From IMG/VR virus record IMGVR_UViG_3300031689_000052, positions 1 to 24,241 of that record: a stretch of 24,241 bases of DNA; one strand, 5' to 3'. The number at the start of each line of letters is the position of its first letter. Within the stretch, counting starts at the first letter, position 1. A model generated the notes under the pieces. It worked only from the letters and a program-made list of their open reading frames with translations, ran no database searches and was not told the origin of the DNA. The position numbers and the translations under genes are program-made. Shown here piece by piece: positions 1 to 8,195 of this stretch. Source of the DNA: a virus (taxonomy: Duplodnaviria > Caudoviricetes).

Positions 1-1
1 A

Positions 2-1672
2 TATTTGCAATACTCCTTTGATTACTGCATCTTGATATTTAGGTGATTTTTTATCTGCTTCTTTAGCTAATCTTATAGCTGTATTCTTAACTACAGATAC
101 TATAGCTCCTCCAAGTCCAATACCTCGTAATATACTATCGGACATACCGTTTACTATATTAAAGTATTTTTCATTTTTCTTTTCATCTTCTTCATCGTCA
201 TCAAACGCAATAGCAAATAATGCTTGCTGTAAAGCAGAGAATAAAAGGTTTTGTGCTACTCCATAGTATATGATCTTAGATATATTTGTTTTAGCATCTC
301 CTCGACCGTTCTTAAGGTCGCTAGCGGCTTTCTTAATTAGTCGCGCATATTGTGCTGGCGTGTTAGCAAAAGCTAGCACTACACGTCCTAATGGACCAGC
401 TTGTTGTTGACTGATTTTATCAGGTCTGCTTGACTGTTGAGACTCTTCTGCTATTTCTCTAAAATCTCTAAATGCTTGCTCTTCAGCTTCAGCTTCTGTT
501 AAGCCTTCTTTTTGTAAAGCTTTAATTCTATTTCTATAAAACGAAGCTCCACCTGATGCGATAGCGAAACTATCTGCTAATTGCGTAGGTAAGAAACCAG
601 CTTTAAGTATTCCAGCGATAACATTTCTAGCGCCATTTCCAGGGCCTTTAGCCATATCAGCGATATCAGCTTCGTTTACGTTTAGCTTTAAGCCGCTACG
701 TCTATCTAATAAAAACGGTGAATTGAATAGCTTTTTAAAGTCTTTCCAATATTGAGGTTGATTAGCAAATGCAACTCCAGCTTTTAATACGTTATTATCG
801 CTAAAGTTTATGAAGTTAACAGCTGATATAGTCTGCAATACAGCTGATCTAGTGTTAAAAAACATAATAGCACCAACTGAATTTGTTAACCAGTCTGTAA
901 ATCTAGCAGTTAGCTTATCAGAACCTGAGCTAGTATTTTTACCAGTACTCATTCTTTTAAGCATGTTCTCCATTGCTTCTCTATAAGGCTTACCGTAAGC
1001 AGCTTCAAGCTTGTTTAGATTAGCTTCAGAAAATATTTCATCTGCATTTTGCTGCCATACTTCTAAATACTTATCTCTTTTAACTGTATTTAAAGCTTTT
1101 ATAAAGTCTGTATCAATAGTTCCAGCAACCCAACCGCCATCAGGAGCAGCATATGCATCTCCTTTACCCATAGCTATTAATTGATCTGCAAAAACAGTTA
1201 AATCAGCATCGTTATTTACGTAGTCAACTAATTCTTGTTGATCTTTTTGAGATAATCCAGGCACTGTCATACCTTGTTTATCCCAAATAGCAACTCTTAC
1301 AGCTTGCTCTTTAGTGAAATCACTATCTTTTATTTTTTTACGTAAGTTTTTAGGTACAATTTTTAAAGCTTTTTTAAGGCCTTTAAAGTCTTGCATCAAT
1401 GAAACTCTATCGTTAGCTAAGTTTTCCATTGCTCTAGCAAATGGATTAAGCAAATGAGCTTTATACCAAGCCATTTGAGCATCTCCAACGTCACCTTTTC
1501 CTAAAGTAGAGTATAATAAACCTACAAAGTCTTCAGCAGACGGTGGAATAAAGAAATTAAATCTACCTTTATTAGCTCCAGCAACCTCAGCCTTAACTCT
1601 AGCATAAGTTTTATCTGATGCAATACCAGTTTTGTTTTCTATGATATCATTAAAATCTTTATCAAGATCTAA
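2..1672 (-). other. C-terminal helical domain of the giant protein, resembling large ejection-protein (gp16-like/LPD-type) C-termini
   Basis: FFIPPSAEDFVGLLYSTLGKG...GFLPTQLADSFAIASGGASFYRNRI...EESQQSSRPDKISQQQAGPLGRVVLAFANTPAQYARLI, followed by the hydrophobic segments IIYYGVAQNLLFSALQQALFAIAF and ILRGIGLGGAIVSVV. The family assignment is inferred. Confidence 0.5.
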
Positions 1673-4600
1673 TGATTTGCTAAATTTAAGTTCAGATTCT
1701 TGACTATCATTGTCAATCTTAGCCATTCTGTCTAACACATTATCATTTGTGTATTCTGCAGACTTACTAAATTTCACTTCAACTGGTAAAGCATTATTGT
1801 TTGATATTGCTGCTTTTTCTATTAACGGTGCAATTCCAATAAATTCATCTATTTCTTTTTGTGAATCAATTTTTTCACCTAATAATTGTTCTTTTATTAA
1901 TTCATTTTGAAAAGCTTGCGTTTCAGTATTTCTAAAATTAGATGCTACGGCTACCTTATAAATTTCACTAATAGGTTTACCATCAAAAGTAAGGTCATTT
2001 GAATTAAATCCTCCACCATTATTATTAACTTGAGAATTAAAGTATCTTTGTAAAGAAGGTAATACTTTAGAAAAATCACCAGTTTTTACAGCTTCTTTTA
2101 GCGCCGCGTTGAACTCTTCTGTCATTCCATTGCCGAGATCATAAGGGTCACCATAAGTTCCTTTTAAATCTTTAAGCTTGTTATTGTTGTAAGCTGTAAG
2201 ACCTAACATGTAAAAATTATCTCTAACAAATTGAAAATAGCCAGGTGTTTCTACGTTTCTATCAGCCATCATCTTGAATATATATTCACCTGCTTGATTT
2301 TGTTGCCAAACGTGTTCTTTTTCTGTTTTGTATTCTTTAAATATACGTTTCTTTTCTTCTTCTGATATTTTCCCTTCTTTATAATCTTTAGAAGCTTTGT
2401 TTTTCTTTTTTGTAAATTCTAAAAAATCCGCATCAACACCTCTAGGTACAGCTATTTGTCTTATTAGATGGTTACTAGAAGAGCTAGCTGTGTTAAAAAA
2501 AGCAGCTACAGAAGGAATTGTTTCAGGATTGCTATACATCATTTCTTGGAATTGAAGAAATATATATTTAGCTCCATCAAAATTATCTTTAACATATTGT
2601 TCATACTCTGCGGAACCAAGGTCTCTAAGAAATAAAACACCATTTTTTGTTTGAGTAAATCCTTTGTTCGCTACAGCAGCTTTTACAATTTTTCTTTCTC
2701 TATCAGTAAATTGTCTTTCTTTTGTTTTGTATATTTTTGTTAAATCTCCAAAAAAATCACCTGTAAAATATTGACCTCTTTTTAAAACCTTAGCTTTGTC
2801 TGTTGCATTTACGGAAGCAAAACCCGCCGCCGCCATTATCTCTACAGGAATCCATTGAGACCACACATCTGTTAAAATTTCGCTGTAATAATCTATATCA
2901 TTTTGATTATTAGGATTTAAAACTTTACCTTCAATACCTAAATCTTTTTGAAATTCTACACTTAATGTATCCAAAACCGATTTACTAAACTTTAAATCAG
3001 ATTGTTCTTTAGTTGTTTCTTTAGGCGTAACAATAAAAGTATCAACCTCTCCTTGTACTGGAGTAGTTTTAATTTGTTTATATTCCCATCCTAGCTCTTT
3101 AGAAAACCTATCAACCATAGCTTTGTAAAGTCTAGTTCTATTGCTTTCAGAACTATTAAACACAACCCCTTTAATGTTGTTTTCTTTTACAAAATCTAAA
3201 ACCGAATTAGCTACTATGCTAAAAGTTTTTATAGCGCTAGTTTTGCCTTCTAAAGATTTACCCGTAATATCAAGTCCACCGCCTTCATAGTCTTCAAATT
3301 CAACGCTTAATAACTCTTTAGTGTCTATGTTTTTAGCTTCAAGTTGTTTTTTTAATTCAAACTCAGCTTCAAAGTCGTCTGATATATCATTAAGCGGAAT
3401 AAGTTTTAATCCAAACTGTGTGTCACCTACTTTAAATTCTCCTTCAAAAGTAACATGACCAGTGTCTATGTTTTCGTTTTCTTCAAATGCTATATCTTGT
3501 TTAGTGCTTAGACTAAACTTTAAGGTAGGCGCTCTATCTATTTCAGATAATACTTTAGCTCTTTTAGCTGGTTCTATTTTACCTTCAGTAACCTCAGGAG
3601 CAGCGTCTTTAACTAACATTTCAGTTACAACATTAACTAAACCAGCTTTTCTCTTTTGAGTAAAAAATTCTTTAGCTTGCTCAAGCGTTGTAGGTAGTTT
3701 AGAAGACACTTTAGGTCCAGACTGTAAGTTAGTATCTTTTGGTAATATACCTTTGTTAACGGCTTCCCTAGCATCCTTAACGTTAAGCCTAGGACCTTGT
3801 TCAGCTAATACTTTTACTTTAGCCTCTCTTTCTAGTTTAACTAAATCCGATGCTGGCAAAGCTTTTAATACTTCTAATATATTTTTATTTAGAAATTGCT
3901 CGTCTATAGCTTTCTCTGTACCCATAAGATTAGATACAGCTTTACGTAGCTTACTCTCTCTAGCTTTTTTATTTACAGCTGTTTTAACTTTTTTACCAGG
4001 TAAATCACTACTTAATATTTCTCCTGAAACTTCTTTAGCTAAATCGTATATTTCATCGCCTTGCTTGATACCAAGAACTCTTCTAAGCTTAGAAGTAGCT
4101 TGTTTGTCAGTAGACACAACGTCAACTGCAATTTCTTCAGCAGCAACACCTTTAGCTTCAGTTACATCATCTGTAAATTCTTCACCTAGTATTCTTTTCG
4201 ACGCCTCTATAGCTCTAGCTGGTAAAAACTTATTTATATAAGCAGCCAATGGAACACCAGACTCAGGTTTATATTCTTTAATTAAATCTAATATACCACG
4301 TTTACCTGTTTCTACTTCGTCAGTAAGTAGCTGTCTGTCAAACCCTGGAGCTTGAGATCTTTTTTCTACTATTTTATTTGTTATAGGTTTAAACTGCTCT
4401 ATAATGTCAAAAGCAGCAGCTTCACCTTGTGCGTCATATAGTTCTTGAACCTTGTTAGAAGCCTGCTCGTTAGTATTTGATTTAACTATTTCTTCAAACA
4501 CAACTTCACCGCCTGTAGCTTCTACTATATCTTTACTTAAAGCACCTTGTGTTATACTTTTATTATACTCTCGCATAAAATCGTAAACATCTTTACCTGT

Positions 4601-6655
4601 GTTAAATTCTATTTTACTCCACCCAATTTTACGAAGCAAAGGAGTTATCAAGTCACCTATTTTTGTAAAAATATTTTCTTCAAAACTTATTTCTTTTTTC
4701 TGTATAGCGTCAGAAAAAGCTGTTAAATATTCATCTGGATTTTTTGCTAAATATTTATCACTATATAATCTATTGCCATTAGAGTCTTTAGCTTTTAATC
4801 TAGCTTCTACAGCTTTTTTTTGTGAACTATTCAACTGTGCTTTAAAGTTATCTATAATTTCTACTCCAGCTTGTCCGCTTGATATAGCGTTTTTTAATAT
4901 AGCGTGTAGTAGCTCATGACTTCCAACAGAAACAGCGCCAACTTTTGAAGCTCTTTCTTTATTGATTAAAACTTTATTACCAATAACAACACCATCTGCT
5001 TTTATGTTTTCTACTCCAACTCCTTTTGCGTTTCCAAAGTCCTCAGAATTTTCAAATACCTCAACTTCAAGACCGTATTTACTAGCTTCAGATTCCGTAA
5101 AAGCTATATCTTTATCTAATATACGTTGAGCGGCTACGCCGAATAAGTCTATATTAGCTTGATTTAAGCCTTCTATCTGATCTTTAGCTGTTTTTATTAT
5201 ATTCTCGTCAGTTTGATCTTTAACTACATTTGTTTTTTCAAGTATTTGCTCTTGATTAGAAGCATATTCAATAAGCTCTTCTGGAGTTAATTCGTTTAAA
5301 GATCTTGACACTTCACCCTTAGCTTTTACTATTTTTTGCTCTATAGCTTCCATTTGCTCTAAAATAACTTTTTTAGATTCTGGAGTGTTAGCATTTTTAA
5401 GAGATTTAGACAATTCAGATAACTGAGCAGCGCTACCTTGATATTTTTTTTGAATTTCTTGAGGAGTTAATATGTATTCTGCTCTACTTCTAGCAGCTGT
5501 AGAAGCACCCCCAATTTCAGATGCACTAGTTATATTACCACCTACAAAACCACCTATAATAAAAGCGTCAATAGACCTATTCCACATTTCACCAGTAGAA
5601 GTTTCTTTACCTAATTGAAGATTATCGAAAGCTATGCTCGTTAATTCAGTTGCAGCTTCAGAAGCTCCTTCTCCTAACGTACTTAATCCTAGTTTTTTAA
5701 TTAAAGATTCACTTCCTTTTTGTATAAAATCTTTAGCTGCTTTTACGCTTTGAGTGTTTTTAATAAAACCAGCTTTAGTGAGTAAACCTTTAGTTACTAT
5801 TTCAAAACCAGATTCAATAGCGCCACTTCCAATAGCATTCAAAGTTAAAGAACTTATAGCTTCTTCAGGATTATTTCGTAGTTCTTCGTCAAATTTATTA
5901 CCAGCCACGCTAGCTCCTAACATTGCAATGCCACCGTAGCCTGTAAAAGCAGCTAATAAAGATGGTATAGACTCTAAAGCTCCACCAACAGTGAGTTCAG
6001 CAGCTTCTGCATAATCACCGCTACTTATGGCTTGTGTTATGCTTTCGTTGTCAGTTTTTCTAACGCTTTTTGATAATATTTCTTCTAACTCTTTAAAACT
6101 ATCTGTAGAAGGTAACGTTAAAAATCCAGAAGGAGAACCAATATCTCCAGATTCTAACAACTCTTTTGCTATAATTTTTTCTTCAGGAGTAAAATCATTA
6201 TTAAAAGACATTAATCCAAGCATTAACATGTCTTGAGTCTGAGAAATTCCCTTTCCTGCTCCTACAAAACCTTTAGCTGTTCTAGCTGCTAATGATTCTA
6301 AAATATTAACTTCATCTTCATCTTCACCTTGCAGCTCTTCAAGTCTTTCTTTAGTAAAATTATCTTCTTTAGACATCTGCTTAGAGAACTTATTGTTCTG
6401 TAAGGATATTTTTTCATCTCTAGTTAAAGGAGTTTTGTATTTAGTTTCTTTTAATTCCAAAGAACCATCTTCCGATGGTGATTCCGTAATTTCGGACACT
6501 TCGGTTACATCCACAGACATGTCCTGATCTGTGGGAGTTGTCTTTCCCTCTTCTGTTTTGCTATCAGAATTATATTCTTCTATCACCAGCGCTATGGCTT
6601 CTTCAGACTCGCCGGCATCGATCATTCTTTGTACAATTTTTTCTAACTCGTCCAT
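2..6655 (-). CDS. Giant multidomain virion/DNA-ejection ('polyvalent') protein, >=2218 aa, 3'-truncated by the window edge
   Basis: Absent from the ORF track and translated manually. ATG at 6655 lies 3 nt after the stop of the 506-aa gene. It begins MDELEKIVQRMIDAGESEEAIALVIEEY and I found no in-frame stop down to position 2 (...KYQDAVIKGVLQI). It is last in the ejection cassette, the position of T7 gp16/P22 gp16. Confidence 0.92.
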   Translation of the reverse strand, partial: MDELEKIVQRMIDAGESEEAIALVIEEYNSDSKTEEGKTTPTDQDMSVDVTEVSEITESPSEDGSLELKETKYKTPLTRDEKISLQNNKFSKQMSKEDNFTKERLEELQGEDEDEVNILESLAARTAKGFVGAGKGISQTQDMLMLGLMSFNNDFTPEEKIIAKELLESGDIGSPSGFLTLPSTDSFKELEEILSKSVRKTDNESITQAISSGDYAEAAELTVGGALESIPSLLAAFTGYGGIAMLGASVAGNKFDEELRNNPEEAISSLTLNAIGSGAIESGFEIVTKGLLTKAGFIKNTQSVKAAKDFIQKGSESLIKKLGLSTLGEGASEAATELTSIAFDNLQLGKETSTGEMWNRSIDAFIIGGFVGGNITSASEIGGASTAARSRAEYILTPQEIQKKYQGSAAQLSELSKSLKNANTPESKKVILEQMEAIEQKIVKAKGEVSRSLNELTPEELIEYASNQEQILEKTNVVKDQTDENIIKTAKDQIEGLNQANIDLFGVAAQRILDKDIAFTESEASKYGLEVEVFENSEDFGNAKGVGVENIKADGVVIGNKVLINKERASKVGAVSVGSHELLHAILKNAISSGQAGVEIIDNFKAQLNSSQKKAVEARLKAKDSNGNRLYSDKYLAKNPDEYLTAFSDAIQKKEISFEENIFTKIGDLITPLLRKIGWSKIEFNTGKDVYDFMREYNKSITQGALSKDIVEATGGEVVFEEIVKSNTNEQASNKVQELYDAQGEAAAFDIIEQFKPITNKIVEKRSQAPGFDRQLLTDEVETGKRGILDLIKEYKPESGVPLAAYINKFLPARAIEASKRILGEEFTDDVTEAKGVAAEEIAVDVVSTDKQATSKLRRVLGIKQGDEIYDLAKEVSGEILSSDLPGKKVKTAVNKKARESKLRKAVSNLMGTEKAIDEQFLNKNILEVLKALPASDLVKLEREAKVKVLAEQGPRLNVKDAREAVNKGILPKDTNLQSGPKVSSKLPTTLEQAKEFFTQKRKAGLVNVVTEMLVKDAAPEVTEGKIEPAKRAKVLSEIDRAPTLKFSLSTKQDIAFEENENIDTGHVTFEGEFKVGDTQFGLKLIPLNDISDDFEAEFELKKQLEAKNIDTKELLSVEFEDYEGGGLDITGKSLEGKTSAIKTFSIVANSVLDFVKENNIKGVVFNSSESNRTRLYKAMVDRFSKELGWEYKQIKTTPVQGEVDTFIVTPKETTKEQSDLKFSKSVLDTLSVEFQKDLGIEGKVLNPNNQNDIDYYSEILTDVWSQWIPVEIMAAAGFASVNATDKAKVLKRGQYFTGDFFGDLTKIYKTKERQFTDRERKIVKAAVANKGFTQTKNGVLFLRDLGSAEYEQYVKDNFDGAKYIFLQFQEMMYSNPETIPSVAAFFNTASSSSNHLIRQIAVPRGVDADFLEFTKKKNKASKDYKEGKISEEEKKRIFKEYKTEKEHVWQQNQAGEYIFKMMADRNVETPGYFQFVRDNFYMLGLTAYNNNKLKDLKGTYGDPYDLGNGMTEEFNAALKEAVKTGDFSKVLPSLQRYFNSQVNNNGGGFNSNDLTFDGKPISEIYKVAVASNFRNTETQAFQNELIKEQLLGEKIDSQKEIDEFIGIAPLIEKAAISNNNALPVEVKFSKSAEYTNDNVLDRMAKIDNDSQESELKFSKSLDLDKDFNDIIENKTGIASDKTYARVKAEVAGANKGRFNFFIPPSAEDFVGLLYSTLGKGDVGDAQMAWYKAHLLNPFARAMENLANDRVSLMQDFKGLKKALKIVPKNLRKKIKDSDFTKEQAVRVAIWDKQGMTVPGLSQKDQQELVDYVNNDADLTVFADQLIAMGKGDAYAAPDGGWVAGTIDTDFIKALNTVKRDKYLEVWQQNADEIFSEANLNKLEAAYGKPYREAMENMLKRMSTGKNTSSGSDKLTARFTDWLTNSVGAIMFFNTRSAVLQTISAVNFINFSDNNVLKAGVAFANQPQYWKDFKKLFNSPFLLDRRSGLKLNVNEADIADMAKGPGNGARNVIAGILKAGFLPTQLADSFAIASGGASFYRNRIKALQKEGLTEAEAEEQAFRDFREIAEESQQSSRPDKISQQQAGPLGRVVLAFANTPAQYARLIKKAASDLKNGRGDAKTNISKIIYYGVAQNLLFSALQQALFAIAFDDDEEDEKKNEKYFNIVNGMSDSILRGIGLGGAIVSVVKNTAIRLAKEADKKSPKYQDAVIKGVLQI
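1673..3523 (-). repeat. Dispersed peptide-level repeat (L/V)KFS(K/L)S, 4 copies, in the giant protein
   Basis: LKFSLS (LKFS at 3512-3523, aa 1045), LKFSKS (2978-2995, aa 1221), VKFSKS (1760-1777, aa 1627) and LKFSKS (1673-1690, aa 1656). A weaker NKFSKQ lies at about 6377-6394. Confidence 0.8.
4184..4420 (-). other. Sigma70 region-2-like domain within the giant protein (aa ~746-824)
   Basis: AAFDIIEQFKPITNKIVEKRSQAPGFDRQLLTDEVETGKRGILDLIKEYKPESGVPLAAYINKFLPARAIEASKRILG matches by eye the sigma region 2 pattern AFxxLxxxYxPLVxxIA...EDLxQEGxxGLxxAxxxYDPxxGxxFxTYxxxxIxxxxxxxxR. Confidence 0.6.
4553..5074 (-). other. Zincin-like metallopeptidase domain within the giant protein
   Basis: A beta-rich lead-in (ADGVVIGNKVLINKE) is followed by VGSHELLHAIL (HExxH at 4904-4918, aa 580-584) and then NPDEYLTAFSD (E at 4730-4732, candidate third Zn ligand). 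Confidence 0.75.
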
Positions 6656-6658
6656 ATT

Positions 6659-8179
6659 TTAGTTTGAATATTTTTTAAGTAAATCTCCAGCGTTTAACTC
6701 TGAAGTTTGAGCACTTGCTTTATTAACTTTAGACATCTCAGTTATTTCGTTTAATATTTTAGATTTTTGAGATGCAGTACCTAATTTTTTCTCAAGTTCT
6801 TCTCTAAAAAATCTTTCTATATCTGAAGGATTTGTTAAGTCATATGTATAGTTTGATACTTCGCCCGACTTGTTTACGTATTTTATAGTAAATCCTTTAG
6901 CTCCAGGACCTTCTGTCATGGTGAAATCATCTTCTTCGAAGTATCTAGTTAAAAAGCTTTCCGTATCTCCAACTAAATCTTTAACTAATGTACTTGCCAC
7001 TTCTTTTGTTTTATCTTCTTTTTTAGGTGTAGTTTCTTCAATTTGCTTTATTCTAGTAGATAATCTTCTACTATAGTCTATATTTTCTTTTTGATCTTTA
7101 ACATTGAAAGCAGGTAATTTTTTTCTTCCGTAATTTACAAAACTTTCAGTAAAACGCACTTGATCTTGGTCACTTACGCCTACACCAGATCTACCTAAAG
7201 GCTCTTCGTTTCCTAAAATCTCCATCCATATTTTATTAGCTGAATTATAATCTGCTAAATAAGATTTAGCTTTATTTTGCAAACCACCAACAGCTGCTCC
7301 AATTATTTTAGCAGTATTAGCAGGTACTATTGTAGAGCTAACGTAAGAACCGTCACTTCCAACTTTTCCATTTTCAACAAATGAATTTCCAAAATCTAAA
7401 TACTCTTCAGAATATTTACCTTTTTCGTTTAAAATAGAAAATTGTGTACCGTCTTCGTTTTCTCCACTAGGCTTATCAAATACAGCCATTATTTCAGCGT
7501 CAACATCAGGAACTAATCCAGCATCATAAGTTAAAGACTGACTCATAGGCACAGAAACTATTTCATCTCCATAAGAACCTCCACTATACTGCAAGTTCCA
7601 AGTACCATCTCCATTATCAATATATTCTTCGGTTGCGCCTTGACCTAAACCAACTCTAACGTTCATTCTTTTTATAAAAGACTGAGTATCTGATCCAACA
7701 ACAGACATTCCACCTTGTTTTCCAGGAGCCTTCCAGCCTTTAATTCCAGTACCTATTCTGTCTTGCTTGTAAGTTTCATCAGCTTCACCTCCAGCGTTTA
7801 TGCCAGCAACTAGATTTTGATAAGATTTTTGTATTGTAGAATATTTTTCTAAAGCAATTTGTTGCGCTTCTTTTGTCTTGGCGTTTTTAACCTGCATATT
7901 AGCCTCTGCCATAGAGTCAATAACTCTTTTACCTGCAGCAAACAAACTAGGATTGTTTATTCCATTCTTAGCCGCTTGCGCGTTAAATGCCGCTTGATTT
8001 TTTATTATATATTCAGACTGTGCTGTTAATTCAGCTTGAGCTGTTTTTTGCTTTAAAGACATGTTTTTATTTGCCTTTTCAATACCGTCAGCTATACTTT
8101 TGCTTACTCCAGATATAGCATTAGCCCATATTTGACCAGACTCTCTGTCTATTACAGTAATTGGATTTTCGTAACTCAT
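6659..8179 (-). CDS. Putative internal virion/ejection protein (506 aa; positional analogue of T7 gp15/P22 gp20)
   Basis: Helical A/Q/K-rich N-terminus (MSYENP...WANAISGVSKSIADGI). It lies between the small ejection protein and the giant protein. The function is inferred from synteny. Confidence 0.55.
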   Translation of the reverse strand: MSYENPITVIDRESGQIWANAISGVSKSIADGIEKANKNMSLKQKTAQAELTAQSEYIIKNQAAFNAQAAKNGINNPSLFAAGKRVIDSMAEANMQVKNAKTKEAQQIALEKYSTIQKSYQNLVAGINAGGEADETYKQDRIGTGIKGWKAPGKQGGMSVVGSDTQSFIKRMNVRVGLGQGATEEYIDNGDGTWNLQYSGGSYGDEIVSVPMSQSLTYDAGLVPDVDAEIMAVFDKPSGENEDGTQFSILNEKGKYSEEYLDFGNSFVENGKVGSDGSYVSSTIVPANTAKIIGAAVGGLQNKAKSYLADYNSANKIWMEILGNEEPLGRSGVGVSDQDQVRFTESFVNYGRKKLPAFNVKDQKENIDYSRRLSTRIKQIEETTPKKEDKTKEVASTLVKDLVGDTESFLTRYFEEDDFTMTEGPGAKGFTIKYVNKSGEVSNYTYDLTNPSDIERFFREELEKKLGTASQKSKILNEITEMSKVNKASAQTSELNAGDLLKKYSN

Positions 8180-8195
8180 GTATATTGTTTTTTAT

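Noticed and set aside
2-6655. Giant ORF as a crAss-type virion RNA polymerase
   Set aside because: The size is similar, but I found no DFDID/DxDGD-like catalytic motif in the visible 2218 aa. FDDDEEDE near the end is just an acidic run.
1710-7076. Seven short plus-strand ORFs in the track (1710, 3462, 3753, 4599, 5754, 6027, 6870)
   Set aside because: They are S/L/F-rich antisense shadows lying entirely within long minus-strand genes, with no recognisable motifs.
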